Shown: in pieces, positions 53,146 to 64,000 of the stretch
Layout: each line of letters opens with the position of its first letter
How positions within the stretch are numbered: the first letter of the stretch is position 1
Notes under the pieces: model-generated
Seen by the model: only the letters and a program-made list of their open reading frames with translations
Database searches by the model: none
Told to the model about the DNA's origin: nothing
DNA from: Guillardia theta CCMP2712
Taxonomy: Eukaryota; Protista; Cryptophyta
Length of the DNA: 64,000 bases
Direction of reading: 5' to 3'
NCBI RefSeq assembly: GCF_000315625.1
Contig: NW_005434639.1
Span: 124,001 to 188,000, forward strand
Position numbers and translations under genes: made by a program

Positions 53146-55479
53146 ATGGATTCCAATGAGGATCCAAAGAATCTCACAAACAGCAATGTACTTGCCGTGG
53201 GTAGCAAGCGGCAGCGCGTTCAGGTCTGACATCTGCACATCCTTGAGGATGGTAATAGGGCCTTGCTACAGGTGCAGAGACTTCGATTCAGCGAGCTGGC
53301 TTTGAAGAACAATCAGAATTTGACACCGGTGAAGGTCAAGTGAGATGCTTGCCAATATATTTTTTTGATTTGGTCCCGACAGGTGAATCCTGGTGAGAAT
53401 GGAAGCAATCAAAGCTCTCCATCACCTGGTCTCCCTGAAGCTCTTTGTAAGATCCTTCCTTACATTCTTTTACAGGAAACGCTTCACCGAAGTGGGAGAG
53501 TGCTGCCAATAGATTGTGATAGATTAAGTTTCTCAAGACTGACATCCTGTAACTTCATTTGGTCAGGATTGCCAAACAGCGCATTTCCCCTGGAGCAAGA
53601 AACTCGAAGGCTAATGGAACCCCGAACTCGAACAAGTCTGCTTCGCTGCCTGGAACGCCTACAGGCCATGGCAGGATTCAAACTCCAGGTGGACAAAACT
53701 CGTAGTGATTCTGAGAGAGTGATGTTGGTCGTGCAGAGTTTGATGATGCATCGTCACGCACAAGCCAAGATGATCAAGATCGAACCCCGCGAGCAAGGAT
53801 GAGTGCAAGGATGAAGCGAGAGAGTCCGAGGACACCAATGGATGGAGGATCACAGAAGTCAATGGACGGAAAGAACTTGGACAAGAGTAATGCAGAGGTG
53901 AAGTCAGGAAGAAAATGTTCTCTTCTTGGTTCTTACAACAGCCTTGTATTGGTAGGCTGCTCGGAGTGCAAAGCCTGGCATTCAGATCCAACAGGTTGTC
54001 ATGCTTTACCTCATGTTTCTTGTCTCAACGCCGGCGTGTAGATTCCAGAGCTTTTTGTGAAGCTGCAATCTGGAGCATCTGTGGAGAACGTGAATGGAGC
54101 GAAAGGGCTTTGGACGTTGGTTACGGGAGGGAAGAAGGAGGAAGTTCTGAGCGTCCCTGATTGCCTGGACGTGATGGCTGAGAATCTGAAGACGGTGAGT
54201 GACCTGTTCGAATGATGACTCAACAGAGATGGCTGACAACATTATGCAGGGCCCAACCCAATCGAGATTCTTTGTGCTAGCCATCCTTGGAGAATCTGCG
54301 TACTTTGACCCAAAGTGGAGCGTGAAGATTTCCAGCCACTCAAGCATCCGGACGGGGGTTGTCGAGGCCATGCGTCATGGGAAAGGAATCGAAGGAGAAG
54401 CTTGCAAGGTTGTGCGAAACTGCAGCGCGAACAGTGCAGATAGTGCGAAGTTATGGGCTGAGCAGGAAGGATTTCTTCAAGGTGAGTACAAATGTTTTTT
54501 GAGTGAAGTTGTCTGCCTTCTGATCAGTATGATGTGCAGTGATGAAGGGTTGCTTCTCTGCTTCCAGTCACATCAAATCTTGTGTCGTTGGAGCAATTTG
54601 CTCCTTGTCACGCTCAGCCGGCGCGGCTTGCGTTATGGAGAGGTTCAATCTGATCCCTGAAGTACGAGTGTAACTTTGCACTCCATCGTTCTCCTGATTT
54701 GCCTGCAGGTTTTGGAGCCATGCATCAAAGAAAGGATTGCAGGAGACATCGGAACAGACATCAGGGATCGCAACAGGATTACTGTTGCTTGTGCTGCCAT
54801 GGCCATACTGAACATCAGGCAAGCGAAGAGCTCCAGTCTAAGCTCGTCCAAGGACAAAGCTTCGAACCTTCCCCACAGAACCAGCACTGAGAGCTTGCGG
54901 CCAGCGAACGCGAGGTCGCATGAGGGGGCGGGGGGAGAGCAGAACGAAGGCTATGTGCTGGAGAAGAGGGTGATCATCAACATGGTCCGGATACTCTCAT
55001 CAGCCATCGACGAGATGCCGTTTGCAGGGGTTAAGTTCTCTCCCGAAGCTGCTCTCTTCTCTTTCCCTGCGGCTGTCCAGCATAGAGCGAACGTGGCAGT
55101 TTTCTGTGACCAGGGGCTTGTGGAGCTGCTGCTGTCCCTAATCCAGAGGCATCGGCCAGCAAGTACAGGAGGGGAGGGCGACAGTGCGCAAAAGAGCGAT
55201 CCGACACAGGCTGATACTGCAGACAAGGTGGAAGGAGGGAAGGACGAAACCAACATCCGGTTGATCGAACTGGCGCTGCAGACGATGTTGACCATGTCGA
55301 AGACGGAAGGAGGAGCAGGCCATGAATGCCTGCAGAGGATGAATCTTCTCAACTCTCAGGAACTGCTGCAAGGGCTAGCAGGATGGTCGGTGAATCGTAC
55401 GGAGGAGGCTCCGAAAGTGGAGCGAGTGGCTCGACTAGCGACAGAAGTGAGGGATTTGTTGTCCCAAGCAGGATCGTAG
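53146..55479 (+). CDS. Hypothetical multi-exon protein; weak F-box-like N-terminal segment and ARM-like helical C-terminus
   Basis: Spliced in-frame chain MDSNEDPK...RVQ|VQRLRF...PVK|VNPGENG...LPEALCKILPYILLQETL; last exon contains VAVFCDQGLVELLLSLIQRH...RLIELALQTMLTM. Internal exons are not fully resolved. Confidence 0.55.
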
Positions 55480-55862
55480 CTGATCATGAGGCAATACAAG
55501 AAATATCATGTGCAAAGTCACTCCGATCTGTTGTACGGCGTCACCAGTCTCCCAGCACTCCGGGAGTGCTGGGACTCTAGAGCCCTAGGCTACGGTCACT
55601 GGTCGGACTCGGACCCCGCCGGGCCTGCGATGCGGCTGCCCGTCGAGCGGTCACCATCCACTGCGGTGACGTACCCCTACCCCACGATTTCCCAGCCAGT
55701 ACCCCTATCAACTGCCCTTGTATTGGCGCCAGACTGATGACAACATTCGCCCTTATCACCCCTCCCTTGTGCCTGGATACGTGGAGAAAGCTGGGGTGGG
55801 TGAGCTTGTCCAGGGAAAGCAAGCAGAACAGGAATACGCTCTGAGTAGTTTGAAACGAAAGA

Positions 55863-56570
55863 ATGGGCATCTTCACTTGTGGTTTCTACGACCTCTATGC
55901 TGATTTGATGACGATCCTCCCTGCTAAACACGTCATCCTGTTCTACCTAACATCCAAGGAGATCATGCGATGTATCGACAATAATGCCAGGTGCTCTGAT
56001 ATCATCAAATCTCGAGTAAACCAGGCTAGGAGATCATATCGCAAGATTCTTGGTAAAGCTGGATTCGAATTCAAGAAACTTAAACTGATGAATACACCCC
56101 CCCTCTCGGACATGCAACTCTTGTCCTTGTATACCTTTCGGATGTGTACAATGTGTTGGAGCCATCCCCTCAACAAGTCAGCGCGGCCTGTGATCGTGGG
56201 ATTCGGACAAAGGCTATGTTTATCATGTTGTACATGTTTCACACTCGAACAATCTGTCGTCAAAGATGTGTACAAGCTAAGCCTCGAAGACTGTGTACAC
56301 CTCCCGCACTTGATCGTGGTGTGGGAAGATCAGCGGAGTGAAAGTCGTGTATTTCTGAAGAGCGACATCGAAGAGATTGCAGGACAGCATCTCAGTGCTG
56401 ATGAGGTTACGATGAAGCTTCGCCAAGCTCACTATGAATGCATCATCAACAAATTCACCACTCTTTGCTTTGCCAGGCTTCAATCCAGAATCGAAAATTT
56501 TCAGGCAATCTTTGAACAACTCCAACTGTACCAATCGACAAGGCAGAACCAACGTGCATCAAGGCGTTGA
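55863..56570 (+). CDS. Hypothetical protein with CxxC...CxxC zinc motif and XPA-C-like helical segment
   Basis: 235-aa ORF; CTMC...FGQRLCLSC...VVKDVYKLSLEDCVHLPHL...RVFLKSDIEEIA. Confidence 0.5.
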   Translation: MGIFTCGFYDLYADLMTILPAKHVILFYLTSKEIMRCIDNNARCSDIIKSRVNQARRSYRKILGKAGFEFKKLKLMNTPPLSDMQLLSLYTFRMCTMCWSHPLNKSARPVIVGFGQRLCLSCCTCFTLEQSVVKDVYKLSLEDCVHLPHLIVVWEDQRSESRVFLKSDIEEIAGQHLSADEVTMKLRQAHYECIINKFTTLCFARLQSRIENFQAIFEQLQLYQSTRQNQRASRR

Positions 56571-56961
56571 TAGCATGATATCGTAATACTGCAATATTTC
56601 TTGCGCGCGTGAAAGATGCAGTTTGAATACATTTCACAACTCCGTGTTGTGTATTATAACGACCCAACACTTACACCATCTTACATGTCGTCGTCGAAAG
56701 TTCCCATGGAAACATTCGTTGAAGATTCGATAGCACATTTGAAGGCATTGTGGGATGATAAAATAGTGATTTGAGGTCTTCCAGAGCCACTCTATGACTT
56801 TCTTGTTCCTGGACGCGGCCTGATTTGAGATAACCCGGAATGTAGTACTGGAAGGGCATGAACCTACCGCAGACAGAGCGTATGTCGACAAATACGACTG
56901 AAGGAAAACAAAATGATCTGACATTCATTAACTTCTCCACAACAGAAAAAAAATTAGTGAC

Positions 56962-57975
56962 CTAGCAGCCAACAGCAACTTCAGCAGCTGCCATGACGGA
57001 GCTCCCTCTTAGCTTCTTGGTGAAGTGTGAGAGCCCTTCAAGAACCCCTCCTGCCATGGGCAAGCTTGCACGGAAGTGCAAGTCCGGCTTCTCCAGCTTG
57101 TGAGCCACCTTGAGCAAGTCCTGGTCGGCGTTGGCGACGCAGATGAAAGGGATCTCAGTCTGCAGGAGGGGAGCGTCGTTCAGAGTGTCCCCAGCAGCGA
57201 TGCAGCGATGGCTCTCATACCCCAGCTTCTTCCTCAGAAACATGGCGGCGTTGGCTTTGTTTGCCAAGGCAGGAAGCACACAGATCAGGCGGGGAGGAGG
57301 ATCCGATCCCCACGCTGCCATCGAGTAAATGGTACAGTTCTCCGCGAGCTTGTCCTGCAGCTCCTGCACAACCATCTGTGCCTTCTCCTCCGTCGATACA
57401 GTGATCGCATAACGCGCCTCCCCTCGAGGAGGAGAGTTGTCCACATCGTTGAGACTCGGTATCAGCCCTTCGTCGTAAGGGTCGCAGATCGCCTCGACCT
57501 TCTCGGCTAGCCCGGATTCCCACCATTGCTCGTTGATCTGACGCTCCCAGTCTTCATCGACTCGGAACTCAGCATTGTCATAGTCAACGCAATATCGGAT
57601 CTCCGTGCCCTCCCCGGTGATCAACACATCTGGTACGATCAGGTTTGGCGTTCCTCCCCCGTGCAGCGAGTGAGTTCCTTTCCCGATGTTCTCGTTCATC
57701 TCTCGTGTTGCCCGCGTCTGGAACAGAGGATTGCAATCCCTGATGCTCCTCGCCGTGTTGTAGCACAACACTGATCCCGTACTCCTCTCGTGCGTTTCCC
57801 AGACCGAGTTGAAGTTTTGCAGGTTCGAGTCGTCGCCTATCAAAGTGCCATCGAGGTCGCTCATAAGCAGCACTGAATGATGATGTCCTTTACGAAGGCA
57901 TGGCGTCATTGGCGATATTGTGCTGCCGCTCAGCCCAACCGCGCACAATATTAACAAACAATAAAAAGATTTCAT
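56962..57975 (-). CDS. HAD-IIB sucrose-phosphate-phosphatase-like hydrolase with signal peptide, intronless
   Basis: Motif I SDLDGTL, motif II YNTARS, PDVLITGEGTEI, motif III/IV ANKANA...AAGDTLND...CVANA; leader MKSFYCLLILCAVGLSGS. Confidence 0.85.
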   Translation of the reverse strand: MKSFYCLLILCAVGLSGSTISPMTPCLRKGHHHSVLLMSDLDGTLIGDDSNLQNFNSVWETHERSTGSVLCYNTARSIRDCNPLFQTRATREMNENIGKGTHSLHGGGTPNLIVPDVLITGEGTEIRYCVDYDNAEFRVDEDWERQINEQWWESGLAEKVEAICDPYDEGLIPSLNDVDNSPPRGEARYAITVSTEEKAQMVVQELQDKLAENCTIYSMAAWGSDPPPRLICVLPALANKANAAMFLRKKLGYESHRCIAAGDTLNDAPLLQTEIPFICVANADQDLLKVAHKLEKPDLHFRASLPMAGGVLEGLSHFTKKLRGSSVMAAAEVAVGC

Positions 57976-58379
57976 AAGCTTGTGGTCTCAGGAAAGGAGT
58001 TTCCTGGACATACACCGCATCCACCAACTGTGGGACCAACAATTCCACCAGCTGCACGCTATTCGCTTCTCTTCTCCTGTCCTGTCCTCTTTCCTCGTAT
58101 CCTTCCCTTACTCTCCCTCGCTCTCTCTCTCCTTCTTCGCTTCTTCCTCCTCAACACGTTTGTTTCTCCTCCTTGCTCTTCGCTCCTTCTGTCTTCAAAC
58201 CTGTTTCAGGAACCTTTCTTGTTTACCACCCCACCCCTACCCCCTGATATTAATAACACCCACCCATCTCCCCCATCAACGATCAACTCGTTTCCTACGC
58301 TCTTCCTTCTCATCTCTACCTCACTAATTTCATATATCAGGTATTAATTAATTTTGATGATCCCACCTCCAATTCAAAT

Positions 58380-59300
58380 TTACCACTACTCAAGGTGACG
58401 TCATCACAACCCACCCCCCCTTGATCAAAGTCCTACCCGGTATCTAGCACCACGGTTGTACGATATCCCACCAGAGCACCCCCTTCTATTCCCCGAAACG
58501 GAGTAACACCTGTACCCTACCCATAAGAGTGTGGTACAATTTCAAACCCCCAACATGACCAATGATGACATAGAAAATACAGGGGGTAGTTCATTACCCC
58601 CACCCTCTAATTTCAATCCCCTTTCAGAAGCAGGGGGCACGGCTACAATCTTTGAACCCATTACCCCCTACCCCCTACTGAAAAGCTTCTACTACATTCA
58701 CCCCCAATTTGTCAACCAATCACAAGAGAAAGGTACCGGCACTTTGAACAAACAAGTACCCCCCACCCCAGGTTTTTGAATCTGAAGTAAGTTTGATCCC
58801 TCTTACGTACGAGCACCACATCAATGTTCACCCCCTACCCCCCATTTGTCCACTACCCCCTTTGTGTCTTTCCTTGATTTTGCTCCATACCCTTGTATCT
58901 GACACCCCCACCCCCCCAAGTATCCTAGTCCAATTCATATTTGGTCAGGGAACTTGGCGACCGTCACCCTTGTCGAAGCACCCCCCACCCGACAAGTGTA
59001 CCCCTCCACCCTCTCTGGTACCCTACCCTAAGTAAATACCCGCACGTTCTTCCCCTGCTAGCCCAACGCTCGAGAACGACCACCCCTACCGTCCAGTTTG
59101 CTATCCCATGACCCCACCCTGATTTTCTCAAGACAAGGAGTTCTGTTTCTGTACAAAATCTTGACTACCGGTTATTTAGATACTTATTTCATCGAAAAGT
59201 ACCCGTACATTGTGAAGGTCAGCCATTAACGTGGTACTGTTACGATACCCCCACCCCCTTTCTCCCGGCACCCTCTTCGACCCACCCCTTCTCGTATCTA
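58380..59300. repeat. Intergenic TACCCC/CACCCC-rich strand-skewed tract
   Basis: More than 15 ta/ca-C(3-7) runs on the + strand in a stretch with no convincing ORF. Confidence 0.7.
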
Positions 59301-59389
59301 ACCGAATATGCTCTTCCCCGTGTCCATGAAATCCTGTGGAACTCATTTAATAGGATCCTAGGAGTGAACTGAACATTTCCAAATTCTCA

Positions 59390-59740
59390 GTCCGACGGTC
59401 ACCCGGAGCCCAAGACGCCGGGTCCCGGAACGACGGTGACCGGGCCGGGTGACGCTGGAGCAAAACTTGCCACTGTCTTGTTGCAACTAAGGTCGTTATG
59501 ATCATCGGATGTCGGTACGGTCTGCATTAAGTTGCTGCCCCGCGGCTGACTCACTGAGTGCGCAGCGCCGGGGCGGGCGCACTGTTCTGAGTCTGCCGGC
59601 CCAGGGCCAGTCCGAGCCCCGAGCCTGACCCGGCGCCCGGCCGCCGCTGTCCGACGGTTGCGGCCCAACTGCCGCCGCAGCTCGCCGGGACCGTGCCGGG
59701 CCGCCGGGCGGCGGCTTAGTGTGTACTAAGTTTCCGGAAA
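59390..59740. promoter_or_regulatory. CCGG/GC-rich intergenic block between divergent genes
   Basis: Very GC-rich, dense ccgg/ggcc, shares a 13-mer with the 39.5-39.9 kb block; lies just upstream of ATG 59802. A regulatory role is inferred. Confidence 0.35.
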
Positions 59741-59801
59741 CTTTTGTTGGCCCGTTCCATTTGACGTTTGACAATCTTGACTACTACGGTGGTCATCAAA
59801 G

Positions 59802-62800
59802 ATGCGAGGTTGGCTGGACAAGTGGAGGGAGCAGGTGAAGGGAGGAAGCGGGGAGACACATAAGTCTATCGGGCATGAGGAGAAGAGTTCGGTCAAAGAC
59901 GATCACCAAACACCGAGTTCTGAGTCAGGAGTACTAGGGGGAGGGGGAGGGGGACGGGAAGGTGAAGATGGTAGTGGAAGCGGAGGACAGCATGAAGTAG
60001 CCGACGAAGACAAGAAGAAGAGAAAAGACAGCATTGCAGTGGAGGACATGGCATGGGGCAACGGCATGCTGTGCCCATATTGCTCTATTCCATCCTTCAT
60101 CGCACGATGCTGCAAGCTGAGGTGAGATGTGAAGGGAGAGGCTCTTCTCTGACGGGTTGAGCTTCCGTATGCAGGAGCAGCGAGCCTCTTCGATGGTCGC
60201 ATGCACAAGTGCTGGAAGCGCTTGATGTGCTCAGCACACACAGGCATGCTCTGGCGAGACAACTAGGAAGCCTCCCTGGCAAGGAAGACAAAGCCGGAGG
60301 GAAGCTTAGGTTTTGCTTCGAAACCCAGCAGGTGGACGGGGAAAAGATGTTTGCAACGGCGATGGGCAAGGAAGCTGATGCCAAGACGTTCAACCGGTCA
60401 GGGAGGAGGCGGATTGACAATGGCAAACTGACTCGCTCCCTCAAGGTTCGTCCTTGACCAACGCATGAAGACGTGGGGCGTTCAGGTCTCAGACCATCGC
60501 GCTCTCATCACCTCCTTTGCCGTCCTTCTATGCCGCCCGGAGTATCGGAGGATCTTCAGCGTGGAAGGGAGCGAGCTAGAGTCCTCCCACCCGAGGATGC
60601 AGTGCCTGGTCCACTTCGTCCGCTCTCCCTCCAGCTTCGGCATCAAAGTCGATTTTCAGCCGTCGGAAGTCGCAAACATTCAGTTCATGGCAATCGAAGA
60701 GCTTTGCAGGCTGTTGGAGCGCGAGGCCGCAAGGCAGAAAGTGAGTGCGTTGATCCCTTGGGCATTCGCCTGTCATTCCCTTGTCTTCCACGTCCCCGCT
60801 TCCGTATCCTACAGATTCGTTGTTACTATCCTGACTTTCTTTGACCACGTCTCCTCCTTCTTCCTCGTCCTCGTCCTCTGTTCACTTCCCTTCCGTATCT
60901 CCCTCACTGAATCCAACCTCTCTCCCCCTTCTGCTCCTGTCACCCTGAACCCGCCGCAGCTTCTTCGGACAGATTCGAGTCTTCTTGACCTCCTCCTGCT
61001 GATTGTCAGCTGTCAGAGCAGCGACAGGCCCCCAACAGACCAGAAGTCCAACGATCAATTGCATCAGCATCTGCATGAAGAAAGGTTCCTGGTGGCCACG
61101 GTGAGATTTCCTGCAGACCTCTTGCGTGTTCTCAGGTTTCGCATGAGAGTGACGTATGTTATCAAGCTTGCGGGGCTTGAGAGGATAGCGCTCGACGGCA
61201 GCAATGGGGTTGTGCTGGTCAGCAAAGGGTTCCATACCTTCGTAATCTCCTCTCTTGGCTCATCGGGTGAGAATGGCAGCGGGGACCGAGGGTATGTGAC
61301 GGGTTTCCCAGCCATGGCGATGGATTTCCTGCTCAAGGCGAACATATTCCGTGGGAGATCCATATCGCTCTCGTTGTTGCAGACTATGCAAGTGAGAGCA
61401 TGTGAAACTGGATGAGAGTCGGGGGGTTTCCTGTACCTCCCTGCCATCTCCGTCTTCTCTCTCTTCGCTTCTTCTGTCAGATTCCCCTTCCCTTTCTCCG
61501 CATCATCCCTCGCATGTTGACATGTTTCACACCTCCGTCTCCGTCGTCTCCTCACCGACTCTCCTGACCTTCAAACCTTCAGTCTTCTCTCCTCACGATC
61601 CTCAACGGCATCGCGCAGACAGAGCGGGCGAGAAGGAATCTCCTTGAAGCAGGTCTGCTCCACCACTCTACCTCTCCTACTCAGGCAAGCGGTCGCAGGA
61701 GTCGTAGCTCCTCTCCTCCCCTTCCTGTCCAACTCGGACTATCTAGGGAGCGAGCGCTCGCTGCTGGCCATGCAGGTGGTGAGGAAGCTGTCAGAGGGTG
61801 CTCGAGAAGGTGAGGGGGCATGTTGTGTCGAGGAGCTGCTGATCAAGGGCGGGATAAGGGAGGAGAGAAGATGCGAACAACGGCCATGAGGAGGAAGGGA
61901 AAGACGAGGAGGGCAGGGAACAGGAGGAGGAGGAGGAGGAGGAGGAGAAGAACGTCGAGACTCTGGTCTTCCTATCTGGTATTGTTCCATTTGTTCTCCA
62001 ACGAATTCTACACGCGAGCAAACGACCGGCAGCTAGAAATCAGTGGAAGAAGTTCACAGACGACGAGGTCCCCTATGCTGCTCCACAGTCCTCATCTCCC
62101 TTTCTGTTCCACTCCCTCCCTCCTCCTCCCTCCTCCTCCCTCTTCTTCCTCCTCCCTTTCCCGTTCACTTCTTTCCTCCTCCTCCTCCTCGTGATGTTTA
62201 CTTCCAGTAAGACCCCTCCTCACTTCAATCTTGAATTTCCTTACTCCCATTCTCTCCCCCTCTCTCCTCCTCTCCCTCTCCTGTCTCTCTCTGTTCCTAA
62301 CTCCTTCTCACCCCCCCCCCTCTCTTCCGCCGCTTCCTCTCTCCCCATATGTCTTGTACCTCACTGCCAGGGCAGGTGCGACGAGTCTGGTCCATCGGAG
62401 CGGAGGGCTGGCAGAGCCTCGTCGAGCTTTGTAAGTCCCGATCAGCACTGGGAGCTGGGCAGGAGCTGGGCGTGTTGAAACAGCTGGAGGAGACGCTGAA
62501 GACTGTCCTGCTGGCCTCCTCGGAAGACTACTTGATGAGCATGAGGCTGCTAGCTTCCGGTGGGAGGAAGGGAGAGAGAGGAGAGGAGAGGAGAGGAGGG
62601 GAGGGGAGGGGAGGGGAGGGGAGGGGAGAGGAGAGGAGAGGAGAGGAGAGGATAGGAGGGGATGAGATGTGATGAGATGGGATTGGAGAAGCAAGGAAGA
62701 GGATAGGATAAAAGAGGAGAGGAGAGGAGAGGAGGGGAGGGGAGGGGAGAGGAGAGGAGAGGAGAGGAGAGGAGAGGAGAGGAGGGGAGAGGGAAGGAGA

Positions 62801-64000
62801 GGAGAGGAGAAGGGGAAGAAGTGTGAGACAAGGAGGGGAGCAGGAGAGTGCGATAGAGAAATGAAGACAGCAGAGGCGGGAGGGAGAGATGAGGGACAGG
62901 AGGAGGTCAAAAGTTTCTGCTGACGTTTTGTGGAAGTTGTCGTGCTCAAGTTGTCAAGGAGCTGCGGAGTTGACTGCATCGAAAACAAAGGAGGAGGAGG
63001 AGTAGACGGAGGAGGAGGAGGAGGAGGAGCAGAGGAAGGGGAGGAGGAGGAGGTAGATGGGGAGATCCTGTCCAAGTATTCACAGATCAGCTTGCTTTCC
63101 TTGAAAGCGTTGATGAAGGCGGCGGATGAGTCGTCGGACCTGCAAAGATCTCTACAAGGTGAAGTGACTGCAAGGAAGGAGATTCGGGAATGATCTGTCC
63201 TCCTCCTTGTCCTCCTCCTTGTCCTCCTCCTTGTCCTCCTCCTTGTCCTCCTCCTTGTCCTCCTCCTTATCCTCTTCTTGTTTGCAGGAGGGAGCGGAGG
63301 TCAGCCAGTCCGCCATAGGAAGGAAGGATTATCGTCGATGATGCTCAATCTCTTGCAGGCGGTGCGTGAGGAAGGGAGGATGAAGCTGAGGAGGTTGAAG
63401 CTAGTTCTGCTGTCAGGTCAGAAATTTCTGCCTGAGCTCGGGGCTCGGGGCCGTTCTGGTGCAAGACGGTTTGCTCGTTCATCTCGGAAAGTTTGTGGAG
63501 AGCGAGGAGAAGTTGATACAGCAGGAATGTGCTGCCGTCTTGTACAACCTGCAGGTGCGGAGAGGAGACGAGGAGAGGGGGAGAGGAGACGAGGAGAGTA
63601 GACGAGTAGACGAGGAGAGGAAGGGAGGAGGAGAGGAGGAGAGGAGGAGAGGAGGAGAGGAGGAGAGAAGACGAGGAGACGAGACGAGGAGAGGAGAAGT
63701 GGAAAAGAAGAGAAGAGTTGCATTACGATTGGAGCAGAAGAAGGAGGAGAGAAATGCAGAAGGAGAGAAAGGGACAACATGTGGATAAGGAGAGGAGAAC
63801 AACAAGTCAATATGCAGATTTCTTTGACTCCTGTTCACAATCAGTTCCACTCTCTGCCCTTTCAGCAGTTTGGTTTTAAGTCGTCTGCAAGGCAAGCTTG
63901 ACTTGTTTCCACATCGAACATACTGCTCATGGTTGTACCTCAGAACTTCTCAAGTCGTTTCCAACGATCTACGCGTTCACCGTGCGGTTTTAGTTGGGTA
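59802..64000 (+). CDS. Hypothetical multi-exon protein, probably 3'-partial
   Basis: Coding-like segments (MRGWLDKWREQ..., LEALDVLSTHRHAL..., VSDHRALITSFAVLLCRP..., GWQSLVELCKSRSALG..., DGLLVHLGKFVESEEKLIQQECAAVLYNLQ) separated by GT-AG introns filled with GA/CT repeats; no domain recognised. Confidence 0.55.
62560..62900. repeat. (GGAGA)n/(GGGGA)n intronic microsatellite
   Basis: Pentamer arrays directly visible; a similar tract lies at 63555-63800. Confidence 0.9.
63196..63267. repeat. (TGTCCTCCTCCT)6 intronic tandem repeat
   Basis: Six perfect 12-mers. Confidence 0.9.

Noticed and set aside
62308-63895. Long Pro/Leu/Ser-rich minus-strand ORFs
   Set aside because: Translations of intronic (GGAGA)n microsatellites.

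Overview
Eukaryotic nuclear scaffold (one 100-N gap at 26539-26638) with many tiny (~45-55 nt) GT-AG introns and GA/CT microsatellites. One gene carries a signal peptide + 'GA|F' transit peptide + twin-arginine leader, which points to an alga with a complex red-derived plastid; a cryptophyte is my inference. The supplied ORF track misses the largest feature: a single uninterrupted minus-strand ORF from ATG 26050 that runs off the left edge (>=8,683 codons). It encodes a signal-peptide protein built from roughly 55-60 divergent ~130-150 aa repeats. The most intriguing system is a three-exon gene at 48150-51607 (-). Once spliced it encodes a type-I membrane receptor: OpuAC/ProX-like binding ectodomain, Cys-rich repeats, one TM helix, a helical linker and a cytosolic RelA/SpoT-like synthetase domain. 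Other genes: DUF4062-NACHT-WD40 (TEP1-like) STAND protein, signal-peptide GT41/OGT-like glycosyltransferase, acylated PDZ protein, Pfmap-2-like MAPK with an SEH activation motif, thylakoid-lumen protein, mitochondrial uL13, SPP-like HAD phosphatase and several hypotheticals. All family assignments come from motif recognition by eye; no database searches were run.
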